DNA from: an uncultured cyanobacterium
Lineage (GTDB): Bacteria > Cyanobacteriota > Cyanobacteriia > Pseudanabaenales > Pseudanabaenaceae
Reading direction: 5' to 3'
Length of the DNA: 64,000 nt
Assembly (NCBI GenBank): GCA_963703315.1
Contig: OY969811.1
Location: 4,032,001 to 4,096,000, forward strand
This document shows positions 8,930-18,353 of the stretch, one piece after another. The position numbers were made by a program, and so were the translations under genes. Each line of letters begins with the position of its first letter. Within the stretch, counting starts at the first letter, position 1. The notes under the pieces are model-generated. The model was given only the letters and a program-made list of their open reading frames with translations, was not told the origin of the DNA and ran no database searches.

Positions 8930-10381
8930 GTGGATATTTACTGCACACGCCCGAATTGTACCAAGCCATTAAATTCTTTTGCCGACCTTGATAGTGGCAA
9001 TACGCTCAAAACGATCGCTCAAAAATTCTGTACGGCTTGCGGGATGCCCTTGCTGCTAGGTGGACGCTATATCGTCGAAAGCCCGATCGCTCAAGGTGGT
9101 TTTGGCGCGACTTTCTTGGCTCGCGATCGCTATACGCCTGCAATGAAACGCTGTGTGGTAAAGCTGCTGCAACCAGTGGGGTTGACCAGTTCGCAGATGG
9201 TCATCGCTAAGCAAATGTTTGAGCGTGAGGCTACGGTTTTAGAAGATTTGGGTACACATCCACAAATTCCTGATTTACTTGCCTATTTTGAGGTGCAGTC
9301 GGGACAGGATGAATTTTTTTATTTGGTGCAAGAGTTTGTCGATGGCTTTACCCTAGAGCAAATTGTTGAGCAGCATGGGGCGATCGCTGAGGCAGATGTT
9401 TTAGAAATCATGCAAAGCCTGTTGCCTGTGTTGACATTTATTCACGAAAAAGGCTCGATCCATCGTGATATCAAACCTGCGAATATCATGGTACGCAAGT
9501 CGGATCAGTCCTATTTCCTATTAGATTTTGGCGCAGTTAAGCAAGTTGCAGGCGCAGCCCAAGGTCAGAAATCTACGGGCATTTTCACCCCCGGCTATGG
9601 CGCACCTGAGCAAATGCGCGGCGACACAGTGTTTCCTGCGACGGATCTCTATGCTTTTGCTGTCACTTGTCTCTTTTTGCTCACAGGCAAAGAGCCAGAC
9701 GAATTATTTGATGTAAGTTACAACAAATGGCAATGGGATCAGTTTGTGAAGCTCAGTCCTAGTTTTGATCAAGTTTTACATAAAATGTTAGAGACGGCTC
9801 CCAGCGATCGCTTTAATTCCGCAGCGAGTGTAATTCAAGCCCTTAGTTCTAAAATAGCGGTGACAGCACCACAAGCTCCGCCGCCAGCAAAATCAACACA
9901 TCAAACCAGTATCCAAGTACCGCCACCGATCGCTTCTCCCAACGCGATTAATGCGCCATCAGTACCAAAATTGCCACGTTCTAATAAAACCCCTTGGTTA
10001 CTATCAGCATCAATTCCCACTCAATTTATTGGTGCTTTTTTAATCGGTGTGGAAACCATGTTGCTATGGCAATTAGCTTCAACGGTGGGACTTGCCGCGA
10101 TCGGTACTCCAGCCAATTTCATCGCTCTTGCCGTTGTGTTACTGGGAATTCTGATGCTCAGACTCAGTGCGATTTTGGATAATAAAGATCTATTCGTATT
10201 TGTCAATTTATTGAGTGTAGCTGCAATCTGGGGAGTGCAAACCTTTGCCAAAATTCCGCAATTTCAAAGTTTCCCCAATTGGCTCGATGTTGCTCAATAT
10301 TGTGGAATTGCAGGATTTAGTGCGATCGCTTTGATGGCAGCTTTTCGCCTCATCTTCCAATTGCTCTATTCGTTGCTTTAA
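8930..10381 (+). CDS. Ser/Thr protein kinase with N-terminal 4-Cys motif and C-terminal TM segments
   Basis: 'GGFGATF', 'HRDIKPAN', 'DFG', 'YGAPEQ'; CxxxxC...CxxC prefix; hydrophobic tail. Confidence 0.9.
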   Translation: MDIYCTRPNCTKPLNSFADLDSGNTLKTIAQKFCTACGMPLLLGGRYIVESPIAQGGFGATFLARDRYTPAMKRCVVKLLQPVGLTSSQMVIAKQMFEREATVLEDLGTHPQIPDLLAYFEVQSGQDEFFYLVQEFVDGFTLEQIVEQHGAIAEADVLEIMQSLLPVLTFIHEKGSIHRDIKPANIMVRKSDQSYFLLDFGAVKQVAGAAQGQKSTGIFTPGYGAPEQMRGDTVFPATDLYAFAVTCLFLLTGKEPDELFDVSYNKWQWDQFVKLSPSFDQVLHKMLETAPSDRFNSAASVIQALSSKIAVTAPQAPPPAKSTHQTSIQVPPPIASPNAINAPSVPKLPRSNKTPWLLSASIPTQFIGAFLIGVETMLLWQLASTVGLAAIGTPANFIALAVVLLGILMLRLSAILDNKDLFVFVNLLSVAAIWGVQTFAKIPQFQSFPNWLDVAQYCGIAGFSAIALMAAFRLIFQLLYSLL

Positions 10382-10472
10382 TCAGTCCATCCTTCGCTAG
10401 GATGTGTGGTTAGCCGCACATCCTGTTGTTCATGATAAAATTGGATAACGGCTCAAGATTTGCTAAGTAATT

Positions 10473-11048
10473 ATGAACGCTTTAACTATCAGCCTAGATT
10501 CTGTAATCGATCTCACCGATGAGCAGTTTTTCCAACTCTGCCGCAAAAATAGCGACCTTAGATTCGAGCGCAATGCTCAAGGAGATATCACGATTATGGC
10601 TCCCGCAGGTAGTGAAACAAGCGCCCGCAACTCTGATTTAAACGCTGATCTCGTATTTTGGAATCGACGCACAAAGTTAGGTATTGTCTTTGACTCTTCA
10701 GGTGGATTTAAACTTCCTAATGGTAGCGATCGCTCTCCTGATGCTTCGTGGATTTTAAGGTCACGTTGGGAAGCTTTAACGCCAGAACAACAGTCTAGAT
10801 TTGCACCAATTTGTCCCGATTTTGTAATTGAGTTGATGTCGCCTAGCGATAGCCTGAAGGTCACACAGGCAAAGATGCAGGAATATCAAGATAATGGTGC
10901 AAGGCTAGGCTGGCTGATTAATCGCCAAGATCGAGAAGTTGAGATTTATCGCATTGGCAAGCCTAAAGAAGTTTTACAAAATCCAAGTTCTCTCTCTGGT
11001 GAAGATGTCTTACCTGAGTTTGTTTTAAGCCTTGAAGAGATTTGGTAA
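10473..11048 (+). CDS. Uma2-family endonuclease
   Basis: 'RFERNAQG', 'FDSSGGFKLPNG', 'SPDASW', 'PDFVIELMSPSD'. Confidence 0.9.
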   Translation: MNALTISLDSVIDLTDEQFFQLCRKNSDLRFERNAQGDITIMAPAGSETSARNSDLNADLVFWNRRTKLGIVFDSSGGFKLPNGSDRSPDASWILRSRWEALTPEQQSRFAPICPDFVIELMSPSDSLKVTQAKMQEYQDNGARLGWLINRQDREVEIYRIGKPKEVLQNPSSLSGEDVLPEFVLSLEEIW

Positions 11049-11061
11049 CATCGCAATAGAA

Positions 11062-12555
11062 TTAAAAACGTTCCACTAACTTATACTTAGCATCATGATT
11101 AGGCTTAGCACCTTCACCACAAGTACGCGGAGTTGGCAAAATCTTGGTCGGATTGGCAATTCCTTGCGGATCAAACGCATCACGTACCCATCGCATCGTT
11201 TCCAAATCTGACTCGCTAAACATCTCTGGCATATAGCACTTCTTATCTGCACCAATGCCATGCTCACCCGAAATACTGCCCCCAACCCGCACACAAAGCT
11301 TCAGAATCTCGCCACCCAGTTCTTCGACAGTTTCTAAAGCACCAGCTTCCGCGTTGTTATACAAAATTAATGGATGCAAATTTCCATCTCCCGCATGGAA
11401 CACATTGGCAACATGATAGCCATACTTCTCGCTGAGCTTGGCAATCTCTTGCAATACATGAGTTAACTTCGTGCGCGGAATCACTCCATCCTGTACATAA
11501 TAGTCAGGGCTGAGGCGACCCATTGCCGCAAAAGCTGCCTTCCTGCCTTTCCAGAGTCGCAATCGTTGTTCAGGATCACTAGCAGAAGTGACATTTCTAG
11601 CACCATTTTTATAACAAATTGCTTCTACCCGTTTAGCATTTTCGAGGACTTCACTTTCTAAACCATCAATTTCAATCAACAGAATTGAAGCAGCATCACG
11701 AGGATAGCAATTGGTGGCAACTGTATCTTCCACAGCATTGATGCTCATATTGTCCATGATTTCCATGCCCCCAGGAATGATGCCTGCGCTGATCACATCA
11801 GAGACCGTCGAACCTGCGGCTTCCACTGTGGTGAAATCAGCGAGAAGCACTTGAATCGACTCTGCCGATTTTAAGATTTTGAGCGTTACTTCCGTCGCAA
11901 TACCGAGCGTTCCTTCTGAACCTACAAAAATACCCGTGAGGTCATAGGCTGGCATTTCAGGTATTTTGCCGCCGATTTCTTGGATAGATCCATCGGGTAG
12001 GACGATCTTGGCTCCAAGTACGTGATTGGTGGTGACTCCATACTTTAAGCAATGCACTCCCCCTGAGTTTTCGGCAACGTTGCCACCAATGGAGCAGATG
12101 ATTTGACTCGATGGGTCGGGAGCGTAATAGAATCCTGCACCGCTTACAGCTTGAGTTACCCAGTTATTAATCACCCCTGGTTGCACGACTACGCGCTGAT
12201 TTTCTAAGTCAACCTCTAAAATCTTTCTCATCCGTGAGGTGACGATCAACACTGAGTCAGGTAATGGTAATGCGCCGCCCGATAGTCCTGTGCCTGAGCC
12301 TCTAGCCACAAAGGGAAGTTGATAGCGATCGCAGACCTTGACAACGGCGGATACTTCCTCGGTGGTGAGTGGCAGGACAACGATCGCAGGTTGTTGTTTA
12401 TAACTGGTCAGTCCATCGCATTCGTAGGCAAGCAATTCTTCGCGAGTGCGGACAACATAGCGATCTCCGACAATCGCAATAAAGGCATTGGCGATCGCTT
12501 GCCAGTCAAATGTTGGTGATGAAGATGTATGAAAATTAGTGGCGATCGCGGTCAT
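11062..12555 (-). CDS. glcD: Glycolate oxidase FAD-linked subunit
   Basis: 'RGSGTGLSGG', 'PDPSSQ', 'GGVHCLKYG', 'HAGDGNLHP', 'GEHGIG'. Confidence 0.9.
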   Translation of the reverse strand: MTAIATNFHTSSSPTFDWQAIANAFIAIVGDRYVVRTREELLAYECDGLTSYKQQPAIVVLPLTTEEVSAVVKVCDRYQLPFVARGSGTGLSGGALPLPDSVLIVTSRMRKILEVDLENQRVVVQPGVINNWVTQAVSGAGFYYAPDPSSQIICSIGGNVAENSGGVHCLKYGVTTNHVLGAKIVLPDGSIQEIGGKIPEMPAYDLTGIFVGSEGTLGIATEVTLKILKSAESIQVLLADFTTVEAAGSTVSDVISAGIIPGGMEIMDNMSINAVEDTVATNCYPRDAASILLIEIDGLESEVLENAKRVEAICYKNGARNVTSASDPEQRLRLWKGRKAAFAAMGRLSPDYYVQDGVIPRTKLTHVLQEIAKLSEKYGYHVANVFHAGDGNLHPLILYNNAEAGALETVEELGGEILKLCVRVGGSISGEHGIGADKKCYMPEMFSESDLETMRWVRDAFDPQGIANPTKILPTPRTCGEGAKPNHDAKYKLVERF

Positions 12556-12829
12556 GTTGCAAGGTCAAAGTAACAACTAAGATTGATCCTACATCGCTTT
12601 GTCCATAACCCAAAGGAGATTTGTTGCTTGGTGGCGTATAAATTTATCTGTTTTTTGTCATGGCTTGTCTACAATTCTCATTAACTTTTAAACTAAGGCG
12701 ATCGCTGAAAACCTATAGATAGCAATCATCAACGCCTCTAGATTTCCACATCTCCTCAAGAAAGCTGTAAATAAGTAAAGGATGGTTACTAGCTATACTA
12801 ATTGATTGCAGGGATTATGAGTAAAAGTC

Positions 12830-15800
12830 GTGGTTAGCCAAACACAGCAAGCAAATACAGGTTTTGATAGTTCTCTGGATGTCTCAAAGTATGAAGCGAA
12901 GACACAGGAAATTGCGAAGAAAATTTTAAGTGGAACCGAAAAAAGTTCTCTTTGGGCAAAACTATCGCAACTTAAGGATGAATTGCGCCTTGATGACAAG
13001 CTGATGGCTTGGACAATGGAAAATGAAGGCTTGCGAATTCAACTATTCAGATTAATTGATTGCTTGCCCGCTTTGCAGAGCAAAGCCGAAATCGCTAGCC
13101 ATATGCACGAATATTTGGCTAGTAATGCGGTGGATGTGCCAGCATTGCGTGGACTGCTCAATTTTAGTACCGACAATCCCAATTCCCTAACCGCAACGGC
13201 GGCAGCAACGGCGCTCTCGACTTCTGTCGCTACTCTCGCCAAGCGTTATATTTGTGGTGAGAACCTATCAGAAGCGACAAAATCCATTGAGAAACTTAGG
13301 CGCGATCGCTTTGGCTTTACGATGGACTTACTCGGTGAGGCGGTGATTAGCGAGGTAGAAGCAGGTGAATATCTCAATCGCTACATTGCAATGATGGAGG
13401 ATTTGTCTGGTAAAGCAAAGGCTTGGGGCTTAATCGATCAAATCGATAAAGCAGACGGTGAGGAATTGAAGCGGGTTCAGGTTTCCGTGAAATTGAGTGC
13501 TTTCTATTCTCAATTCGATCCTCTCGATCCTGTAAAAACGACAGAGAAAGTCAGCGAACCTGCACGGATTTTATTGCGTAAGGCGAAAGAATTAGGATGT
13601 GGCATCCATTTCGATATGGAGCAGTATGAGTTTAAGTCGCTCACATTACAGATTCTCAAACAAGTTTTAATAGAATCAGAATTTCGCGATCGCACTGACG
13701 TGGGAATTACGCTGCAAGGCTATTTGCGCGATAGTGAGCAGGATTTATTAGAACTAGTCGAATGGGCAAAGCAACGCGGTAAGCCTGTGACTGTGCGTCT
13801 CGTCAAAGGAGCCTATTGGGATCGGGAAACAATTCGTTCCTATCAGCAGGGTTGGGCTATTCCTGTATTCTCTGATAAAGTTTCCACCGATGCCAACTAT
13901 GAGCGCTTGATTCAGATTCTACTGGAAAACCATCAATATCTCTATGCGGCGATCGGTAGTCATAACGCGAGATCTTTAGCTAAGGCGATCGCCATCGTCC
14001 AAACTCTAAATATCCCCAGTCGCGCCTTTGAAGCCCAATGTCTCTATGGTATGGGTGACAAATTTGCCAAGGCGATCGCCGATATGGGGTATCGAGTGCG
14101 CGTGTACTGCCCCTTTGGTGATTTGATTCCTGGAATGTCTTACCTGATTCGCCGCCTGTTAGAGAATACCGCCAATAGTTCCTTTTTGAGAATTAGTGGC
14201 GAAGGTAGCGATATTAGTAAATTAATTGCTGCGCCTGTGATGACGGAACGGGATGCGAATTACAATGGCGCACCTGCTCTGAATATTTTTGATGGCTTTG
14301 TCAATTCTAGCGATCGCGACTATGCGATTAATGAAGAGAGAGAAGCCGCCCAAACTGCTTTACAACAGGTTCGCCGCCAACTTGGGAAAACCTATTTGCC
14401 AATCATCAATGGTCAAGCGGTAGAAACAGAAACCTATATCGAATCTGTTAATCCTGCCAACTCTTCGCAAGTAGTCGGCAAGATCGGGCTAGCCAGCATT
14501 GACCAAGCCGAAGCAGCCGTGAAGTCAGCAAAATCTGCCTTTGCATCATGGAAGAAACTCAGCGCTAAACAACGGGGTGATATTCTCCGCAAAGCTGCTG
14601 ACATCATGGAAGAGAAGCGCGAAGAATTAATTGCGTGGATTTGCTGGGAAGTTGCTAAACCGATCCGTGAAGGTGATGGCGAAGTTTCCGAAGCGATCGA
14701 TTTCTGCCGTTACTATGCCAAAGAAATGGAACGCCTTGAATCGGGTGTACAGCGCAATCTGCCGGGGGAAGACAATACTTACATCTATCAACCTCGCGGC
14801 GTAGTTGTGGTGATTTCGCCTTGGAACTTTCCCTTTGCGATCGCCTTGGGTATGAGTGTCGCTGCGATCGCCGCAGGTAACACCGTCATTCTCAAACCCG
14901 CCGAACAGTCCTCGGTAATTGGTGCAAAAATCGCTGAAGTTCTCCAAGCCGCAGGGTTACCCACAGGCGTATTCACCTATCTTCCTGCGAAAGGCTCGAC
15001 CGTTGGTTCACACTTAGTCAAACATCCCGATGTGCATCTGATTGCTTTCACAGGTTCTCAACAAGTCGGCTGCCAGATCGTCACCGAAGCCTCGATCCTG
15101 CGTCCTAAGCAAAAACACATGAAGCGCGTCATTGCGGAAATGGGCGGCAAAAATGGCATCATCATCGATGAGAGCGCTGACCTCGATCAAGCCGTCGTGG
15201 GCGTAATGAATTCTGCCTTTGGTTTCGCTGGTCAGAAATGTTCCGCTTGTTCGAGAGCGATCGTTCTTGCTCCTGTTTATGACAACTTCATGGAGCGATT
15301 GGTGGAAGCCACACGTTCCCTCATTGTCGGTGAAGCTCACCTTCCTGACACCAAACTCAGCGCTGTGATTGATGCTGCGGCTCAACGGAATATCCAGAAC
15401 TACATCGCTAAAGGTAAGGAAACTGCGACATTAGCCTATGAAGGAGAAGTTCCTAATCATGGTTTTTATGTCAGTCCCACTATTTTTGGTGATGTCGATC
15501 CTAATAGTGCGATCGCCCAAGAGGAAATTTTTGGACCTGTACTGGCGGTAATCAAGGCACAGAGTTTTGATGAGGCATTGGCGATCGCGAATGGTACAAA
15601 CTTCGCACTTACGGGCGGTTTATATTCGCGCACTCCTTCCCATATCGAACGCGCCTACCGCGAGTTTGAAGTGGGCAATCTCTACATCAATCGCGGCATC
15701 ACTGGCGCATTGGTAGATCGCCATCCCTTTGGTGGTTTCAAACTAAGCGGTATCGGTTCCAAAGCTGGCGGACGCGATTATCTATTGCAGTTCTTAGAGC

Positions 15801-15862
15801 CAAGGTCAATCACCGAAAACACACAGCGTCAAGGTTTTGCGCCTCTTGATGGGATTGAGTAA
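12830..15862 (+). CDS. putA: Bifunctional proline dehydrogenase / P5C dehydrogenase
   Basis: 'RLVKGAYWD', 'YLIRRLLENTAN', 'AEMGGKN', 'GQKCSA', 'EEIFGP'. Confidence 0.95.
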   Translation: MVSQTQQANTGFDSSLDVSKYEAKTQEIAKKILSGTEKSSLWAKLSQLKDELRLDDKLMAWTMENEGLRIQLFRLIDCLPALQSKAEIASHMHEYLASNAVDVPALRGLLNFSTDNPNSLTATAAATALSTSVATLAKRYICGENLSEATKSIEKLRRDRFGFTMDLLGEAVISEVEAGEYLNRYIAMMEDLSGKAKAWGLIDQIDKADGEELKRVQVSVKLSAFYSQFDPLDPVKTTEKVSEPARILLRKAKELGCGIHFDMEQYEFKSLTLQILKQVLIESEFRDRTDVGITLQGYLRDSEQDLLELVEWAKQRGKPVTVRLVKGAYWDRETIRSYQQGWAIPVFSDKVSTDANYERLIQILLENHQYLYAAIGSHNARSLAKAIAIVQTLNIPSRAFEAQCLYGMGDKFAKAIADMGYRVRVYCPFGDLIPGMSYLIRRLLENTANSSFLRISGEGSDISKLIAAPVMTERDANYNGAPALNIFDGFVNSSDRDYAINEEREAAQTALQQVRRQLGKTYLPIINGQAVETETYIESVNPANSSQVVGKIGLASIDQAEAAVKSAKSAFASWKKLSAKQRGDILRKAADIMEEKREELIAWICWEVAKPIREGDGEVSEAIDFCRYYAKEMERLESGVQRNLPGEDNTYIYQPRGVVVVISPWNFPFAIALGMSVAAIAAGNTVILKPAEQSSVIGAKIAEVLQAAGLPTGVFTYLPAKGSTVGSHLVKHPDVHLIAFTGSQQVGCQIVTEASILRPKQKHMKRVIAEMGGKNGIIIDESADLDQAVVGVMNSAFGFAGQKCSACSRAIVLAPVYDNFMERLVEATRSLIVGEAHLPDTKLSAVIDAAAQRNIQNYIAKGKETATLAYEGEVPNHGFYVSPTIFGDVDPNSAIAQEEIFGPVLAVIKAQSFDEALAIANGTNFALTGGLYSRTPSHIERAYREFEVGNLYINRGITGALVDRHPFGGFKLSGIGSKAGGRDYLLQFLEPRSITENTQRQGFAPLDGIE

Positions 15863-15956
15863 ACATAAAAAAGGGGGCTATATGCCCCTTCTTTTATGTG
15901 ATACTTTAGTAAGTATATTTACTTTCTACATTCTGCACAACATTGTTTTTTTTCAT

Positions 15957-16736
15957 ATGCCATATCCTACTCAATCCGAGACAGAAGAAGCACTAATTAG
16001 TTTGATATATTTCCATGGCGGCTCAGATTTTAGTATTAAATGTTCAGATACATATCGACCATTAGCCAACTATTTTCAATTGACTGAAAAGGAAAGACAA
16101 ATACTTAGGACATCTGAAGGAAATGAAAGGAAACGCAAATGGGACAGTATAGTGTGCTTTGCTAGAAGAAAACTTAAAGACTCTGGCTATCTTTCTTCTA
16201 ATTCCTCAAGAAGCATTTGGCAATTATCAAGTTCAGGCATTACTGCTGCTGAAAAGGTTTCGCTCAATTATAAGGAATTACAAAATGGTTTAAATACAAA
16301 TAGGTCAAAACAAATAATAGTTGAACCTAAATTACCTGATCAACTTCAACCTAGTTCTTCATCAGAGCCTGCTCAAAATACCTTTTCTGTAACTGAAGGT
16401 AGGGAAAAGCTGGCTATTCACAAGGAGCGTGAACGTAATCGTAAAATTATTGAGCAGAAGAAAAAAAGGATTTTAAGTGAAACAGGGAAATTAATTTGTG
16501 AGGTATGTGAATTTGATTTTGAAAGTCGATATGGTGATTTGGGAAATGGGTTCTGTGAGGTTCATCATAAAAATCCTCTAGCTAAAGTTGACAACGAAAC
16601 TCAAACAAGTTTGGAAGACTTGGCTATTGTATGCGCTAACTGTCATAGAATGATTCATCACAGTCAATGCATTCAACCTACTATGATGAGTATTGAGCAG
16701 CTTAAAAGCTTAATAGAAAATAAAAAAGTAGCTTAG
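15957..16736 (+). CDS. Mrr_N-like winged helix fused to McrA-type HNH endonuclease (candidate type IV restriction)
   Basis: N-terminal 'LANYFQLTEKER...W...ARRKLKDSGYL...IWQLS'; C-terminal 'EGR...HKERERN...CEVC.FDF...EVHH...CANCHRMIH'; ATG at 15957 preferred over the upstream overlap start. Confidence 0.8.
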   Translation: MPYPTQSETEEALISLIYFHGGSDFSIKCSDTYRPLANYFQLTEKERQILRTSEGNERKRKWDSIVCFARRKLKDSGYLSSNSSRSIWQLSSSGITAAEKVSLNYKELQNGLNTNRSKQIIVEPKLPDQLQPSSSSEPAQNTFSVTEGREKLAIHKERERNRKIIEQKKKRILSETGKLICEVCEFDFESRYGDLGNGFCEVHHKNPLAKVDNETQTSLEDLAIVCANCHRMIHHSQCIQPTMMSIEQLKSLIENKKVA

Positions 16737-16870
16737 GCAATGCATTAAGGATCACAAATAAACTTAACATTAACCTCAATCTTTCTATTAAAGACCAATC
16801 TAGTAAGGACAAGAAGCCCGTTGTTCTTTGGGATATACTTGATAAATGCTGTATCGCATCGCCTAAACCT

Positions 16871-17329
16871 ATGCCCCAGACTATTGAGCAAAAATCCACG
16901 CTATACGATCGCGATCTTAATTTGTGGTTAGAAGAGGCGATCGCAAAATTAAAAACTGGTGATTTTCAAAATCTAGATGTCGAAAACTTAATTGAGGAGT
17001 TAGAGGGTTTGGCGGGTAGAGATCGGCGCGAATTAGAGTCACGTTTGACTAGATTGATTGAACATATCCTCAAGCGTTGTTATGTCAACCTACCTGAATG
17101 TTATCGAGGTTGGGAGTTAACAATCATCGGACAAAGAAACGAGATTAAAAAAATCATTAAACAGTCTCCTAGCCTAAAACGCCACATAATCTCAGTGTTT
17201 GATGAATTGTTTAATGACGCACTAGAAATCGTACAAACAGAATATGAAAATACGATTTTTCCTGAGACATGGCAATTTACCTATGAGATTCACTTGCTGT
17301 TAAATACTAATTTTTGGAAAAAATCTTAA
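16871..17329 (+). CDS. DUF29-family protein
   Basis: 'LYDRDLNLWLEE...LDVENLIEELEGL...LIEHILK...W...I..QR......SPSL'. Confidence 0.9.
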   Translation: MPQTIEQKSTLYDRDLNLWLEEAIAKLKTGDFQNLDVENLIEELEGLAGRDRRELESRLTRLIEHILKRCYVNLPECYRGWELTIIGQRNEIKKIIKQSPSLKRHIISVFDELFNDALEIVQTEYENTIFPETWQFTYEIHLLLNTNFWKKS

Positions 17330-17496
17330 ACCTTGATGGATGATGTATCGCATCGCCTAAACCTATGCCCCAGACTATCGAGCAAAAAACAGGGCTATAC
17401 GATCGCGATCGCAATTTGTGGTTAGAAGAGGCGATCACCAAAAAAGCACTAAACTTAAATTTTAAAAAAAGCATTTGGAAAACTATTGATATTTGC

Positions 17497-18330
17497 ATGG
17501 ATAAACAACAAAGAATTGCTCAAGCTATAAAGGATGTCATATCTAAAATGATGGATCGGGTAATGGATCGTGTTCTAATTACTGATCCTTTTATCAAAGA
17601 AAATCATCGAGCAAACAAACCACTGTACGCAGCGTTAGTTCCTGATGAAATTTTTAAAGGTTCACATTTTGAGAGAAGATTTGTAACTCCATTTGGTCTT
17701 GTATGGGAAAAGTTAGCTCAAGTTGTTGCCCTAGAAGCTTATGGCAATTGCCAAATGGGGTATACAATTAGTGGTACAGTTGGGCAAGAGAGTCTGAGAA
17801 GAATTCAAGAAGTATTAAATAAATTAGAACATAGCAAAGGAAAAAACAAAGTCAAACCTAATTGGAATGAAGAATTACAATATATTCAAGAAGGCGGTGG
17901 TAACCAGATTCCAGTAAGCGTAGTTTGTGATATCTTTATTCAGAACGAAGAAAATGGAAAGCGGTATGCCTTTGAGCTTAAAGCTCCATTACCAAATAGT
18001 GATCAAACAAAAGTAAGCAAAGAGAAGCTATTTAAACTTCTGGCAATGGAACCCAAGTTAGTTGATTACGCATACTTTGCCTTGCCATACAACCCTTATG
18101 GCAAAAAAGAAAACTATAAATGGGACTTTCCGATGCGATGGTTCAATATGCACAAAGATGAATCTGTATTAATAGGCGATGAATTTTGGGATCTGATTGG
18201 AGGGGAAGGCACTTACAACAATTTTATTCAGGAAGTCAATTCATTAGGAAAAGATTACAGAGAACGCATCTATCGTGAATTCTTAGGAATAGAACCACCT
18301 CCAGATTTTGACGAGTATTTGTTGAAGTAG
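17497..18330 (+). CDS. Type II restriction endonuclease, TdeIII/HgiEI-like family
   Basis: 'FERRFVTPFG..WEKLA', PD-(D/E)xK core 'CDIFI...AFELKAPLPNSDQ', 'ALPYNPYG', 'IGDEFWDLIGG'; adjacent to a C5 MTase; ORF is also open from the repeat ATG at 17365. Confidence 0.8.
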   Translation: MDKQQRIAQAIKDVISKMMDRVMDRVLITDPFIKENHRANKPLYAALVPDEIFKGSHFERRFVTPFGLVWEKLAQVVALEAYGNCQMGYTISGTVGQESLRRIQEVLNKLEHSKGKNKVKPNWNEELQYIQEGGGNQIPVSVVCDIFIQNEENGKRYAFELKAPLPNSDQTKVSKEKLFKLLAMEPKLVDYAYFALPYNPYGKKENYKWDFPMRWFNMHKDESVLIGDEFWDLIGGEGTYNNFIQEVNSLGKDYRERIYREFLGIEPPPDFDEYLLK

Positions 18331-18353
18331 AAAAATGTAAGAGGAGATATCAA

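Noticed and set aside
6889..15385. Short antisense or alternate-frame ORFs within pcrA, the kinase, glcD and putA (and similar ones in other long genes)
   Set aside because: Shadow ORFs of well-supported genes, with no motifs.
15837..15956. N-terminal extension of the HNH ORF overlapping putA
   Set aside because: Crosses the putA stop and terminator hairpin; ATG at 15957 fits the domain start better.
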